The position numbers were made by a program, and so were the translations under genes. DNA of 64,000 nucleotides, taken from positions 62,001-126,000 of the IMG/VR virus record IMGVR_UViG_3300027759_000045; one strand, 5' to 3'. Under the pieces are notes generated by a model. That model did not search any database. It was not told the origin of the DNA and was given only the letters and a program-made list of their open reading frames with translations. Every line of letters starts with the position of its first letter. Position 1 is the first letter of the stretch. Below, piece by piece: positions 30,072-40,157 of the stretch.

Positions 30072-30979
30072 AAATATTAGTAACCGGTGCCAGCGGCTTA
30101 TTGGGCACAGAAATTTGCCGACAACTCAAACACGATAAAAAAAATGTAGTATGGGCCATGGACAACCATAGTCGCAGTTCAACTATACCACTCTGTGACA
30201 AGTTTATCGACGTAGACTTGACTGCTGGCGATGTGGCCTACGCAGACTTGCCTGTGGACTTTGATTACATCTATCACTATGGTGCAATCAACGGAACCAA
30301 AAACTTTTACGAGCGTCCCAACCAAGTGTTATGGAACAACATGGTGGGCGACTTCAATGTGTTTGAATTTGCTGGCATGAATAAACAGTTAAAAAAACTA
30401 GTGTATGCTTCCAGCAGTGAAGTGGTAAGCGACGATCCTGTTAGCCCTGTGGCCGAGCACACAGACATCACAATCAACAATATCCACAATGCCAGATGGA
30501 GTTATCGTTTGCCCAAGATCTGTGCGGAAAACTATTTGGCCAACTCACCGTTGCCCTATGTGATGATACGTTACTTTAACGTGTACGGTGACAACAGCAA
30601 GGCCGGTCATTTCTTAGCAGATCAAATTGCCAAGATTCAAAATGGTGTATTTGAAGTTGTTGGCCCCGAAGAAACACGCAGTTTTTGTCATGTAGAAGAT
30701 GCTGTTCGAGCCACGATATTCTGCGCCAAAACACAAACACGTGAACTGTTCAATATTGGTAACGATAGAGAAATTACCATTCGAGATGCAGTAAAAGTCA
30801 TTGCTGAAGAACTGGGCCACACCGACCCTGAGTGGACTACTTCTCCTGGCAAGGCCGGCAGTACTGCAACACGTAGACCCAACATTGCCAAACTGAGATC
30901 CGTCATGTCCGATTATAAACCAATGTCCTTTGAGCAAGGTGTCAAACGAATTGTTAAGAATTTAGTTGACAAGTCTTAA
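30068..30979 (+). CDS. NAD-dependent epimerase/dehydratase (UDP-glucuronate decarboxylase-like)
   Basis: TGASGLLG, YASSSEV, RWSYRLPK, RYFNVYG, RSFCHVED. Confidence 0.88.
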   Translation: MKILVTGASGLLGTEICRQLKHDKKNVVWAMDNHSRSSTIPLCDKFIDVDLTAGDVAYADLPVDFDYIYHYGAINGTKNFYERPNQVLWNNMVGDFNVFEFAGMNKQLKKLVYASSSEVVSDDPVSPVAEHTDITINNIHNARWSYRLPKICAENYLANSPLPYVMIRYFNVYGDNSKAGHFLADQIAKIQNGVFEVVGPEETRSFCHVEDAVRATIFCAKTQTRELFNIGNDREITIRDAVKVIAEELGHTDPEWTTSPGKAGSTATRRPNIAKLRSVMSDYKPMSFEQGVKRIVKNLVDKS

Positions 30980-30995
30980 ACAATTATCGTATAAT
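30966..30995 (+). promoter_or_regulatory. sigma70-type promoter; ATG only 5 nt after the -10 box
   Basis: TTGACA-N18-TATAAT. Confidence 0.65.
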
Positions 30996-31000
30996 AGTGT

Positions 31001-31876
31001 ATGAAATTAAAAGTATCTGAACTATTCTATTCGGCACAAGGCGAAGGACGCTTTGTTGGTGTACCCAGTGTGTTTCTGCGCACATTCGGTTGTAACTTTA
31101 AGTGTGCTGGCTTTGGTATGCCACCGGGTGAAGTGAGTCACGAAGCCACTGACATTGCGGCCACACACACTATGATTCAACCGTTTGCAAAGTTTGAAGA
31201 CTTGCCGTTGGTCAATACTGGCTGCGACAGTTATGCCAGTTGGCATCCAGACTTTAAAGACCTAAGTCCAACTATTGATACTGACAAGTTGGTGGATCAG
31301 ATGCTGGCACGGACACCCAATCACAAGTGGATGCAAGACAACGGCAATGACGTACACTTGGTTATCACAGGCGGCGAACCCTTGCTGGGTTGGCAACGCA
31401 CATACGAAGAGTTGATCGGTAATCCTGGCATGAGTGATCTACGTAATATTACATTTGAAACCAATGGCACTCAAAAATTACAACCTAGTTTTAAAAACTT
31501 CATGCACGAGTGGAGTCGGAATCCCCCATTTGTTTCTAGAGAAGTTACATTTTCAGTCAGTGCTAAACTCAGTGCCAGTGGCGAAAAGTGGGAAGAAGCT
31601 ATCTGTCCCGACATTGTTGCAAGTTATCAAGACATTGGTACCACTTATCTTAAATTTGTTGTGGAAACAACAGAACACTTTGCAGAAGTTGAACGTGCGG
31701 TAAAAGAATTTAGAGACGGCGGCTTTACTGGTGTTGTATATGTCATGCCACAGGGCGGTGTAGTTACTCCGTATGCACAAAATCGTGTACGAGTAGCCGA
31801 CTGGGCTTGCAGTAAGGGCTATTACTATAGTCCTCGCCTACACGTTGACCTTTGGGGCAATGGGTGGGGAAAATAA
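31001..31876 (+). CDS. queE: 7-carboxy-7-deazaguanine synthase (radical SAM)
   Basis: SELFYSAQGEG..VG.PSVFLRTFGCNFKC...GCDS, ITGGEPLL, ETNGT, PRLHV. Confidence 0.9.
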   Translation: MKLKVSELFYSAQGEGRFVGVPSVFLRTFGCNFKCAGFGMPPGEVSHEATDIAATHTMIQPFAKFEDLPLVNTGCDSYASWHPDFKDLSPTIDTDKLVDQMLARTPNHKWMQDNGNDVHLVITGGEPLLGWQRTYEELIGNPGMSDLRNITFETNGTQKLQPSFKNFMHEWSRNPPFVSREVTFSVSAKLSASGEKWEEAICPDIVASYQDIGTTYLKFVVETTEHFAEVERAVKEFRDGGFTGVVYVMPQGGVVTPYAQNRVRVADWACSKGYYYSPRLHVDLWGNGWGK

Positions 31877-31886
31877 AAGGAAATTA

Positions 31887-32987
31887 ATGAGTTATCTATT
31901 TACAAGTGAAAGTGTATCCGAAGGACACCCGGATAAAATTGCAGATGCTATCAGTGATGCAGTGTTAGATTTGGTAATGTCCAAGGAAAATACTGCACTT
32001 CGCTGTGCTTGCGAAACACTTGTTACTACCAATCGTGTTGTGGTTGCTGGCGAATACAAAGGCGTCTTGCATGCCGAAGAAGTTGAATCAGCAGTACGCA
32101 GAGTTATTAAAGACGTTGGGTACGAACAGTCTGGATTTGATTGGCGTACTGTTGAAATCACCAACTTGTTACACGGACAAAGTGCAGATATTGCACTGGG
32201 CACAGACACATTTGGTGCCGGCGACCAAGGGCTGATGTTTGGGTATGCTTGCAACGAAACTGATAATCACATGCCCAGTGCTATCTACTACAGTCACAAG
32301 ATTGTGGAGCACTTGGCACAAGTACGTCGAACAGGCAAATTGCATTGGCTTGGTCCAGATGCCAAAAGCCAAGTGACATTTGAATACAATGATAACGGCT
32401 CGCCCAAGCGCATTGCCAAAGTTGTGTGTTCAACCCAGCACAGTGATGACATGTCAATTGACGTTGTTCGTGCCGCAGTAGAAGAAATTATTCGTCAAGT
32501 TTTACCGATGAAGTTTGTGGATGAGAATACTGAGTTTCATATTAACCCCACTGGTCGATTTGTTATTGGTGGTCCTGATGGTGACACAGGGCTCACTGGT
32601 CGTAAGATTATTGTTGACACTTATGGTGGGTATAGCCCTCATGGTGGCGGAGCCTTCTCAGGAAAAGATCCTACTAAAGTTGATCGAAGTGCTGCCTACT
32701 TGACACGCTGGATTGCCAAGAACATTGTGGCTAGCGGCCGAGCAGACTGGGCCACTGTGCAGATCAGTTATGCCATTGGTCTAGCACAGCCCATGAGCTT
32801 TTATGTTGAAACTGACCACAAACCGCAAAGTCGCGAATTGACCAAATGGGTGCAAGACAACGTTGACCTAACACCCCGAGGCATTATTGAACGATTTGAT
32901 CTCTTCCGTCCTATCTACAGTAGCACCACCAACTACGGACACTTTGGCAAAGACTATTTGCCATGGGAAACTGTAGATTTATTCTAA
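31887..32987 (+). CDS. metK: S-adenosylmethionine synthetase
   Basis: FTSESVSEGHPDK, GAGDQG, GGGAFSGKDPTKVDRS. Confidence 0.97.
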   Translation: MSYLFTSESVSEGHPDKIADAISDAVLDLVMSKENTALRCACETLVTTNRVVVAGEYKGVLHAEEVESAVRRVIKDVGYEQSGFDWRTVEITNLLHGQSADIALGTDTFGAGDQGLMFGYACNETDNHMPSAIYYSHKIVEHLAQVRRTGKLHWLGPDAKSQVTFEYNDNGSPKRIAKVVCSTQHSDDMSIDVVRAAVEEIIRQVLPMKFVDENTEFHINPTGRFVIGGPDGDTGLTGRKIIVDTYGGYSPHGGGAFSGKDPTKVDRSAAYLTRWIAKNIVASGRADWATVQISYAIGLAQPMSFYVETDHKPQSRELTKWVQDNVDLTPRGIIERFDLFRPIYSSTTNYGHFGKDYLPWETVDLF

Positions 32988-32996
32988 GGAAACTAT

Positions 32997-33386
32997 ATGG
33001 GATTTTTTGATAGATTTAAAAAGAAGCCAGAGCCTGAGCCCAAAGTCAAGTCAGAGCCTAAACCTAAGGCACCAGTAAAAACTGAAAAAGAAATTGCCAC
33101 AGAAAAAGGCGAGCCGTATGTGGCAATTCTCAGCATGCATGTAGATCCAGAGAACATGCACCAAGGTGCGTTTGAGCTAGACTGGAATGATAAGTTTATT
33201 GCCAATTTGGTTCGTGCGGGATATCAAGGCAAGCCCGATGATAAAGATTCAGACATTGTGGATCGATGGTTCCAAAATGTTTGCCGACATGTTGTGATGG
33301 AAACATGGGAACAAGAAATGGCAAATAATCCTAGTCGTGTGGTAAAAACTCGAGACATTGGCGACGGACGTTCCGAAGTATCCTGA
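32997..33386 (+). CDS. hypothetical protein, 129 aa
   Basis: ORF with AAGGA RBS. Confidence 0.85.
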   Translation: MGFFDRFKKKPEPEPKVKSEPKPKAPVKTEKEIATEKGEPYVAILSMHVDPENMHQGAFELDWNDKFIANLVRAGYQGKPDDKDSDIVDRWFQNVCRHVVMETWEQEMANNPSRVVKTRDIGDGRSEVS

Positions 33387-34072
33387 TGTTAATATATTTT
33401 AATGGTGACAGCAATGTAGCCGGTACAGAGTTACCAGAGTCCACACACGGCATGGCACCTAAGTTGGCCGAAAAATTTGACGGGCAATACAAAACAAAAT
33501 TTATCAACGATGCAACCCCAGGTGCAAGTAATGATTTAATTTACGAACAAACACTGGATTTTTTAAACAATCCCAGCAGTCCAACTCCTGATCTAGTGGT
33601 GATTGGGTGGACACAGTTTAGTCGTGTACAATGGTTTTTAGTGGACCAGTGGGGCAAGGGACGATTTTGGGAAATAAACCAAATTGGGGTAGGTATTCCT
33701 GTTCCCGAGGAATATAACGATCGATATAAACATTATGTTGAAAATGTGCAACACAATGGGCACTGGAGAATGGTGCAAGGTGCCTACTGGCACAATAAAA
33801 TTTTTAACATACACAAGCTATTAGAGTACAAAAAAATTCCGCATTTGTTTTTCAATGCATTTGACGAGTTTATTTTGCCAGTTGAAGTTACTCAACTTGA
33901 CTGGAACAATGTATTTTTAACACCATATTCTAAAGAGCTAATCTACACTGAATGGTGCCAGCGCCAAGGTTATAAAGAAATAACCCCAGGATGGCAACAC
34001 TACGAAAGTGCGGCTCATACTCAGTGGGCAAATGTTATGCACGAATATATTACAAAACACAACATTGTATGA
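33386..34072 (+). CDS. SGNH-hydrolase-like protein
   Basis: N-terminal GDS (FNGDSN), GASN, C-terminal His. Confidence 0.6.
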   Translation: MLIYFNGDSNVAGTELPESTHGMAPKLAEKFDGQYKTKFINDATPGASNDLIYEQTLDFLNNPSSPTPDLVVIGWTQFSRVQWFLVDQWGKGRFWEINQIGVGIPVPEEYNDRYKHYVENVQHNGHWRMVQGAYWHNKIFNIHKLLEYKKIPHLFFNAFDEFILPVEVTQLDWNNVFLTPYSKELIYTEWCQRQGYKEITPGWQHYESAAHTQWANVMHEYITKHNIV

Positions 34073-34770
34073 TTCTTTATGTAAACGGCGACAGCCACAC
34101 TGCGGCTGCTGAAGCAGTTAATCCGCATGCATTTGCCATGGACGACGGACAGTTGTTTTACATGGGTCGTGCACCACACCCTGAAAATCTAGCAGTGAGT
34201 TGGGGGAGACGATTGAGCGATGCACTACGAGCCAGTTTTCACTGTGATGCTGAAAGCGCCAGTAGTAACACTAGAATTTTGCGCACAACTAGAGATTGGT
34301 TAAAAAAAATACATCACCCAGAAGAAGTGCTGATGGTAATACAATGGAGTACCTGGGAACGAGAAGAGTGGCTACTTGACGGAGTACATTATCAAATTGG
34401 CGCCAGCGGCTTAGATGATGTTCCTGACGAGCATAAGCAACGCTACAAAGAGTTTGTGGTCAGTGTAGATTGGAAACAAAAAACTCAACAAGCACACGAT
34501 GAAATTTGGAAGTTACATACCGAATTGAACAAACTGGGTGTTAATCATATCTTTTTTAATGGTAATAATGATTTCAGCAGTATTAAGAAACCAAAAAAAT
34601 GGGGCAACAGTTACATTGACCCATATAGTCCTGCAGGCACATACAACGCCCAAATTAGGGCCGCAGGAATAGAAACAGTTGCACCCAATTCATGGCATTT
34701 TGGCAAGGATGGCCATAGCTTTTGGAATCGTTTTATGTTACAATATATCAATACCCACAACAAAGTCTAA
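34069..34770 (+). CDS. SGNH-hydrolase-like protein (paralogue of the preceding gene)
   Basis: VNGDSH, ASSN, WHF..DGH. Confidence 0.6.
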   Translation: MILYVNGDSHTAAAEAVNPHAFAMDDGQLFYMGRAPHPENLAVSWGRRLSDALRASFHCDAESASSNTRILRTTRDWLKKIHHPEEVLMVIQWSTWEREEWLLDGVHYQIGASGLDDVPDEHKQRYKEFVVSVDWKQKTQQAHDEIWKLHTELNKLGVNHIFFNGNNDFSSIKKPKKWGNSYIDPYSPAGTYNAQIRAAGIETVAPNSWHFGKDGHSFWNRFMLQYINTHNKV

Positions 34771-34778
34771 GGTTTCCC

Positions 34779-35786
34779 ATGCGTTATGTGTTAATTGACA
34801 CAGCTAATATGTTTTTTCGTGCCAGGCACACTGCTTTTCGTGCCAGCGACCCTTGGGAAAAAGTTGGGGTAGCACTGCACACAACGTTGATGAGTGCTAA
34901 TAAGGTTGTCAAACGTTTTGAAGCAGACCATGTTGTGTTTGCACTAGAGGGACGTAGCTGGCGCAAAGATCACTACAAACCCTACAAAGCAAATCGTGCT
35001 GTAGCCCGGGCCGCACTGACTGAAGCAGAAGCAGAAGAAGACAAGATGTTCTGGGAAGCATTTGACAGTTTGACTAAATACTTGTCAGAAAGAACCAACT
35101 GTAGCGTAGTACGATGCGCCACTGCCGAAGGCGATGATATCATTGCACGTTGGATTGCCCTACATCCCCAAGACGAACACATAGTAATTTCAAGCGACAC
35201 AGATTTTGTACAGTTGGTGGCCGCAAACGTAAAACAATACAATGGCATCACCGACGAACTTATCACCACAGAAGGCATTTATGATGCCAAAGGTCGCCCT
35301 GTAGTTGATAAGAAAACCAAGGAACCCAAACAGATTCCTGATCCTGCATGGTTGTTGTTCGAGAAATGTATGCGTGGTGATACCAGCGACAATGTGTTTA
35401 GTGCATTTCCTGGTGTGCGAACCAAAGGCACCAAGAACAAGGTGGGTCTACAAGAAGCATTTGCAGATCGCAACCAGCGTGGTTATTTTTGGAACAATCT
35501 CATGTTGCAAAGATGGACTGATCACAACGGTGAAGAACACCGTGTGCTGGATGACTATGAACGTAACCGTCAGTTAATTGATCTCACACATCAACCACAG
35601 GCAGTAAAAGACACAGTGGATCTTGCCATCATTGAACAAATCTCACACAAGGATATCGGGCAGGTGGGCGTGAGGTTTATGCAATTTTGTGGCAAATATG
35701 ATCTAGTGCGGTGTAGTGAAAATGCCGAAGGGTTTGGCCGTTGGTTAAATGAAACATACAAAGGAGTTTTAAATGTTAGTAGCTAA
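34779..35786 (+). CDS. rnh: RNase H / 5'-3' exonuclease (T4 rnh, FEN family)
   Basis: LIDTAN, EGRSWRK...YKANR, EGDDIIA, SSDTDF, GDTSDN. Confidence 0.9.
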   Translation: MRYVLIDTANMFFRARHTAFRASDPWEKVGVALHTTLMSANKVVKRFEADHVVFALEGRSWRKDHYKPYKANRAVARAALTEAEAEEDKMFWEAFDSLTKYLSERTNCSVVRCATAEGDDIIARWIALHPQDEHIVISSDTDFVQLVAANVKQYNGITDELITTEGIYDAKGRPVVDKKTKEPKQIPDPAWLLFEKCMRGDTSDNVFSAFPGVRTKGTKNKVGLQEAFADRNQRGYFWNNLMLQRWTDHNGEEHRVLDDYERNRQLIDLTHQPQAVKDTVDLAIIEQISHKDIGQVGVRFMQFCGKYDLVRCSENAEGFGRWLNETYKGVLNVSS

Positions 35787-36210
35787 AGTCGTAGCAGATA
35801 AACAGTTTTGGATCTTACAAGAAGATGATCGCAAAGTTGGAAATATTGAAGCATGGAATGGTGGATATCAAGTTCGTATCAACAATCAAGTAAAGCAATT
35901 TAAAACAATTAAACTTGCGGCACGTGAATCAAACATTGTATTTGCCGAAGAAAAAGTTGTGTCAAAGCCAGACAACACCGCTGTACACGGATATCCGGTA
36001 GCGGGTCGTTGTTATAATCCTGTGTGGGACGTGGTGCATCACTTGCCAATTTATACCAAGACTGCCAAAAGCAAAAGTTGGTTTGCCGCAGGATGGTATT
36101 CCATCAAGCGTGGACGAAATTGGAAAATCATTCAGGATCCCAAATTGATTGCACTACAACGCTATCCTTACCAAGGCCCGTTTAAGAACAAAGAACAAGT
36201 GACACTATGA
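35773..36210 (+). CDS. hypothetical protein, 145 aa
   Basis: coupled ORF with GGAG RBS. Confidence 0.8.
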   Translation: MLVAKVVADKQFWILQEDDRKVGNIEAWNGGYQVRINNQVKQFKTIKLAARESNIVFAEEKVVSKPDNTAVHGYPVAGRCYNPVWDVVHHLPIYTKTAKSKSWFAAGWYSIKRGRNWKIIQDPKLIALQRYPYQGPFKNKEQVTL

Positions 36211-36575
36211 CCAATCCATTCCGAGATCAAGAGAAGTTCATGAAGGCCTGTGATCAAAAGGTCGATGCCTACTCTATTTCACAATACAAGATGTATCTGA
36301 ATCTAATAGACGAAGAACACCGAGAACTGCAAGAAGCAGTCGAAGCTGATGACTTGACTGAACAACTGGATGCGCTGATCGATATATTGGTTGTTACAAT
36401 TGGTGCCATTCATTCAGCAGGATTTGATGGCGAAGGTGCATGGAAAGAAGTTATGGCAACCAACTTTGCCAAGATTGATCGAGAAACAGGCCGGGTTCGC
36501 AAACGTGAAGATGGCAAAGTTCTCAAGCCTGACGGTTGGACTGCGCCAGACTTAAAAGGATACTTGACAAGATGA
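36207..36575 (+). CDS. MazG-like / PRA-PH nucleotide pyrophosphohydrolase
   Basis: LIDEEHREL....DALIDILVV...EV..TNFAK...REDGKVLKP. Confidence 0.85.
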   Translation: MTNPFRDQEKFMKACDQKVDAYSISQYKMYLNLIDEEHRELQEAVEADDLTEQLDALIDILVVTIGAIHSAGFDGEGAWKEVMATNFAKIDRETGRVRKREDGKVLKPDGWTAPDLKGYLTR

Positions 36576-36778
36576 TACACATTCAGCGATTCATTGAGCG
36601 ACTGCAAGGCTTTGAAGCACGTGGTGCCAGAGACTTTACCATGCCCATCCGAGACGCCAAAGACCTCCATGCTGACCTCACAAGGCTGTTGATCGCACTA
36701 CAGGCCGCAAGGGAATCTGCTGTAAGCACTGCACAACAAAGCGAAATCACAGTGGAAATGAAGGGCGGATCATTCTAA
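36572..36778 (+). CDS. hypothetical protein, 68 aa
   Basis: ATGA overlap. Confidence 0.7.
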   Translation: MIHIQRFIERLQGFEARGARDFTMPIRDAKDLHADLTRLLIALQAARESAVSTAQQSEITVEMKGGSF

Positions 36779-36821
36779 AAGTCCCTATATTTGTCATAAA
36801 TAAAATGTAGGAGTTTAATGA

Positions 36822-37118
36822 ATGTCAAGACCAAAACCCAAAGTTCTTCTAGAACTAACAAACAAAACCACATACAAAACTGAACAGGTTTTATCGTCGG
36901 CGGGGGTGTGGGCTGTGTTCTTCGATGACTCTCCTATCAATCTCAAAACCAGCAACATGTTGGTTCAACATCCTGGGCCCAAATACAAAAAAGTCAGTTT
37001 CTCTAATCCAGGGCATGCACACAATCTTTCAAAGAAACTAAACGCACAGTTCAAAACAGACAAGTTCACTGTGGTATTGTTGACACAGGGCAACACTGTT
37101 CAGCCCGGTGGTGCGTGA
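36822..37118 (+). CDS. hypothetical protein, 98 aa
   Basis: AGGAG RBS, TAAATA upstream. Confidence 0.8.
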   Translation: MSRPKPKVLLELTNKTTYKTEQVLSSAGVWAVFFDDSPINLKTSNMLVQHPGPKYKKVSFSNPGHAHNLSKKLNAQFKTDKFTVVLLTQGNTVQPGGA

Positions 37119-37473
37119 TAAACTAAAATTAACCCAAGCACTGGTAACCAATCTACCAGAAGAATTTGCCGAGCCTGCGGAAGTTGCTGTCAAGACCTGG
37201 TGGGCAAACATTCGCAAGACCGGAGGAATGCGCCTCACTGAACATGGATTTTATGTATTCAGTCGTGTGTTAGAATTAGATCACTATGAATTAGAAATCA
37301 AACCAACTCCTGGCAACCGACGCATTGTGCTGACACTTGACCGTAAACTGCAAAGTCCATATTACATCAGAATAGACAAACGTATACCCGCCAGTGTTTA
37401 TATGTTTGGCAGTCGCGAAGCAGTCATGGCACAACTGTATGGTGATTTAGAAAAGTTCCTGCGTAACTATTGA
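37108..37473 (+). CDS. hypothetical protein, 121 aa
   Basis: GTG start overlapping the previous gene. Confidence 0.7.
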   Translation: MVRDKLKLTQALVTNLPEEFAEPAEVAVKTWWANIRKTGGMRLTEHGFYVFSRVLELDHYELEIKPTPGNRRIVLTLDRKLQSPYYIRIDKRIPASVYMFGSREAVMAQLYGDLEKFLRNY

Positions 37474-38379
37474 CTGCAACTCTGGTCGCTGTTGGGCTTT
37501 TTCTAACACATCTTTTAAAAACACATTTTGTTGCAACAGATCATAATTGTGCTGTACACGTACTAAATCAACACTGCGGTGTGCCAGATCAAAGTTGGTC
37601 AGCAATCCAAGATTAAGTTCCACTGCAAGATCACATCTGCGACCAGGATCCGATTCTGTTTGGTAACTGTGATCAACAATGTCATTGAATACATCAAATC
37701 CCATGCTGGCCATATAGTCTGCTATGCGCCATCCACCAACCCAGATTGGAATGGTTCCGGCGTACAACGCCATCAGTGTTTTTTCTGTCACAATGGTTTC
37801 TCGTTCATAGTAAGCAGGCTCAGTTATCAAAGAAACACAAGCAGGCTCAAACACTGTGTTCTGCAACAATTTATTATATGTGTGTGCATTTTTAAATGAG
37901 CCGTTACGAACTCCTTGGTCCATCGCAACTTCGGGTCCAAACACATAGTTGGTAACAGCTATGTTGTTGACGTCATTTATTTTCCATGCAAGAGAATGGC
38001 AGTAGTCGGTTAACCGGTGCTGTTCAATCAATGACAACAACCGACGTCTATTGGACCTGGGTTTGTTGATCATAAAATTAAATGTGGCTATTTTACGGCT
38101 CCAATCCGGTTGTATGTTTTGATGTACAAATTCTCGATTTTCTCGGGCCAAAAACATAGGTAAACAAACATACGGATATTTGGTCAATCCTTCTTGTATC
38201 ACAACATGATCAAATACCAACAGGTGTTGTTGCGGATCGCATAAGCTGTTTTCCAGTAATTTTTCCACATGATAACAATGTTCGTAAGGATTATAGTGGT
38301 GATCCCGAACCAGAATAATTTCAGGACTAGACAGAATCTCACCCGAGTAGGTGTAGGTAGGACCGTGTATTTCAATCAT
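37447..38379 (-). CDS. GT10 (alpha-1,3-fucosyltransferase)-like protein
   Basis: LITE.....IVTEKTLMALYAGTIPIWVGG resembles the GT10 TEK..A...G.VPI..G motif. Confidence 0.55.
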   Translation of the reverse strand: MIEIHGPTYTYSGEILSSPEIILVRDHHYNPYEHCYHVEKLLENSLCDPQQHLLVFDHVVIQEGLTKYPYVCLPMFLARENREFVHQNIQPDWSRKIATFNFMINKPRSNRRRLLSLIEQHRLTDYCHSLAWKINDVNNIAVTNYVFGPEVAMDQGVRNGSFKNAHTYNKLLQNTVFEPACVSLITEPAYYERETIVTEKTLMALYAGTIPIWVGGWRIADYMASMGFDVFNDIVDHSYQTESDPGRRCDLAVELNLGLLTNFDLAHRSVDLVRVQHNYDLLQQNVFLKDVLEKAQQRPELQSIVTQELF

Positions 38380-38406
38380 GACCTGTATTTACAAGTAAAT
38401 ATTGCT

Positions 38407-39060
38407 ATGACAGATATAATAAAAACAGCACTGGGGTCAACATACTGTATGTTTTACCATCCAGCATTTCCCATTGCACAACTAACTCCAGTGCAGACAC
38501 TAGCAGGATCTTGTTCTGTGGTAAATCAAGCATTAGACTCGCATGGTACCGATTTATTGTCTTGGCCAGCGGGACTGCAAGACGAAATCACAAGATTACT
38601 GTGGGTCAACCAATTTTATCAAAATTTACACAAAGAGCCCATACGCAAGCCATTGTTAATACACTGGCAACAGGAACAGTACATAGTAGACTGCGGCGAC
38701 ACACGACTGATGACACTGCAACTGAATTCCGAAATATCCACAGTCAGTGTTGTTACAACATGCACAGTGTCCGATGCTGGCCGATATCAGGACTGGCAAC
38801 GGATTACCTCTGATTCAGACCTGACACGATTGACTCAGTTTGATACTAACAACACAACAATATTAATTACTACCACACAGCCTGGCACTGACTACGGACT
38901 TGAGTGGTTAGAAATTGGCGATCACAGCACCGGACATCATTTGCACAGTGTTGATCTCAGATTGACAATGATGCAAAATTATCTTAATGCACAAGTTACA
39001 AATTTTAAATTTGACACCGAATGGGCGAAGTCGCCCGTGGATTGGCTAGCGTTTGTGTAA
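38407..39060 (+). CDS. hypothetical protein
   Basis: ATG 5 nt after TAAATA; divergent from the previous gene. Confidence 0.7.
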   Translation: MTDIIKTALGSTYCMFYHPAFPIAQLTPVQTLAGSCSVVNQALDSHGTDLLSWPAGLQDEITRLLWVNQFYQNLHKEPIRKPLLIHWQQEQYIVDCGDTRLMTLQLNSEISTVSVVTTCTVSDAGRYQDWQRITSDSDLTRLTQFDTNNTTILITTTQPGTDYGLEWLEIGDHSTGHHLHSVDLRLTMMQNYLNAQVTNFKFDTEWAKSPVDWLAFV

Positions 39061-40099
39061 GCAGGTTGGTCCACTGAACAAAGTCATTGGGCCATTCAGC
39101 AGCCATTTCTGCCAATACAGTTTGGTTGTGTGTGGCAGCACGTTGACATCTACTTTGTAATACAGCCAATTCTTTAGACTTTATTGCTCGAACAATTTCA
39201 AGACTTTTCCATACAAATATACGTTGCTTCTCTTGTACTTCTATTAGCCGGTCGTAGTGATTGTGATCTACCAGGTCTGATAGAGTATCAAATCCCAAAC
39301 TAGTTAGATAGGCCACTGTGTATCGGCCCGACGACACTGTCCATGGAGCAGGTGTTACCAATGCTCGAAATATTTTTTCACTAAGTGATATGTTGTTGTC
39401 ACTACTGTAGGTTTCAGCTACAATACTAAGAAATGACCGATTAAAAATTTCATCATGATCTATTTCATAATTGCGCACAGGCATTTGTGCTGTGAGCAAT
39501 TCATAACTTTTTTGATATTTTAATTTATCTTCGTCACTGGCATGAGACCAATGTTCGTTCCAGTACTCCAATGCACTGGTTGTGGAAATAAGAGCAGGGT
39601 CCGACACCACAGAATTCCCTGGACGGTAACAGTTGAAATTTACATGGCCTTTGTGCAAATGTACTCTGAGTCCAATTTCCAACATCAGCATAAATCTACG
39701 TTGGTCAATTCGATTTACTGCAAAAGAAAAATCTCGTTCCGGAGTCCAGGATTGGTTGCTAGGCACATAATGATAAATTCCCAAGAAACTTGTGGGTAAT
39801 CTTATCACACGGTACTGAGTAGGACAGGTGATGTAGTTGTCTGTTATAACTGTGGTGTTGGGATCAAACAGATAAGGCAAGTCACTGTGATAGTCTGTGC
39901 TACAACTGCGTATGTCGTCCACAAGGCACACAATCACAGTTTGGGTGCCTTTTTTCCATATCCGTGGGTTGTCAGTTACACTAAACCCAGTATCATGTAG
40001 TGTTTGATAGATTGTGTTATTGATGTTGTATTCGTGTACTAGACATTGACTTTGATTCCAAATCTCGCCGCTGTGTACTCCGTTAAATGCCTGTTGCAT
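39005..40099 (-). CDS. GT10-like protein (paralogue)
   Basis: IVAETY......LSEKIFRALVTPAPW...GFDTLSDLVDH..YD; ATG 4 nt after TAAGTA. Confidence 0.5.
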   Translation of the reverse strand: MQQAFNGVHSGEIWNQSQCLVHEYNINNTIYQTLHDTGFSVTDNPRIWKKGTQTVIVCLVDDIRSCSTDYHSDLPYLFDPNTTVITDNYITCPTQYRVIRLPTSFLGIYHYVPSNQSWTPERDFSFAVNRIDQRRFMLMLEIGLRVHLHKGHVNFNCYRPGNSVVSDPALISTTSALEYWNEHWSHASDEDKLKYQKSYELLTAQMPVRNYEIDHDEIFNRSFLSIVAETYSSDNNISLSEKIFRALVTPAPWTVSSGRYTVAYLTSLGFDTLSDLVDHNHYDRLIEVQEKQRIFVWKSLEIVRAIKSKELAVLQSRCQRAATHNQTVLAEMAAEWPNDFVQWTNLLTQTLANPRATSPIRCQI

Positions 40100-40157
40100 A
40101 GTGTACTTATTAAGGCAAATATCTTGAAAAAAATTTGCATTTTGAGCAACCAACGGG

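Noticed and set aside
31877-31886. SAM riboswitch upstream of metK
   Set aside because: Only 10 nt separate queE and metK.
15415-32987. Queuosine tRNA-modification reading of the que genes
   Set aside because: No queC, queF or queA was seen, and the DpdL-like gene points to DNA modification. Not excluded if those genes lie outside the window.
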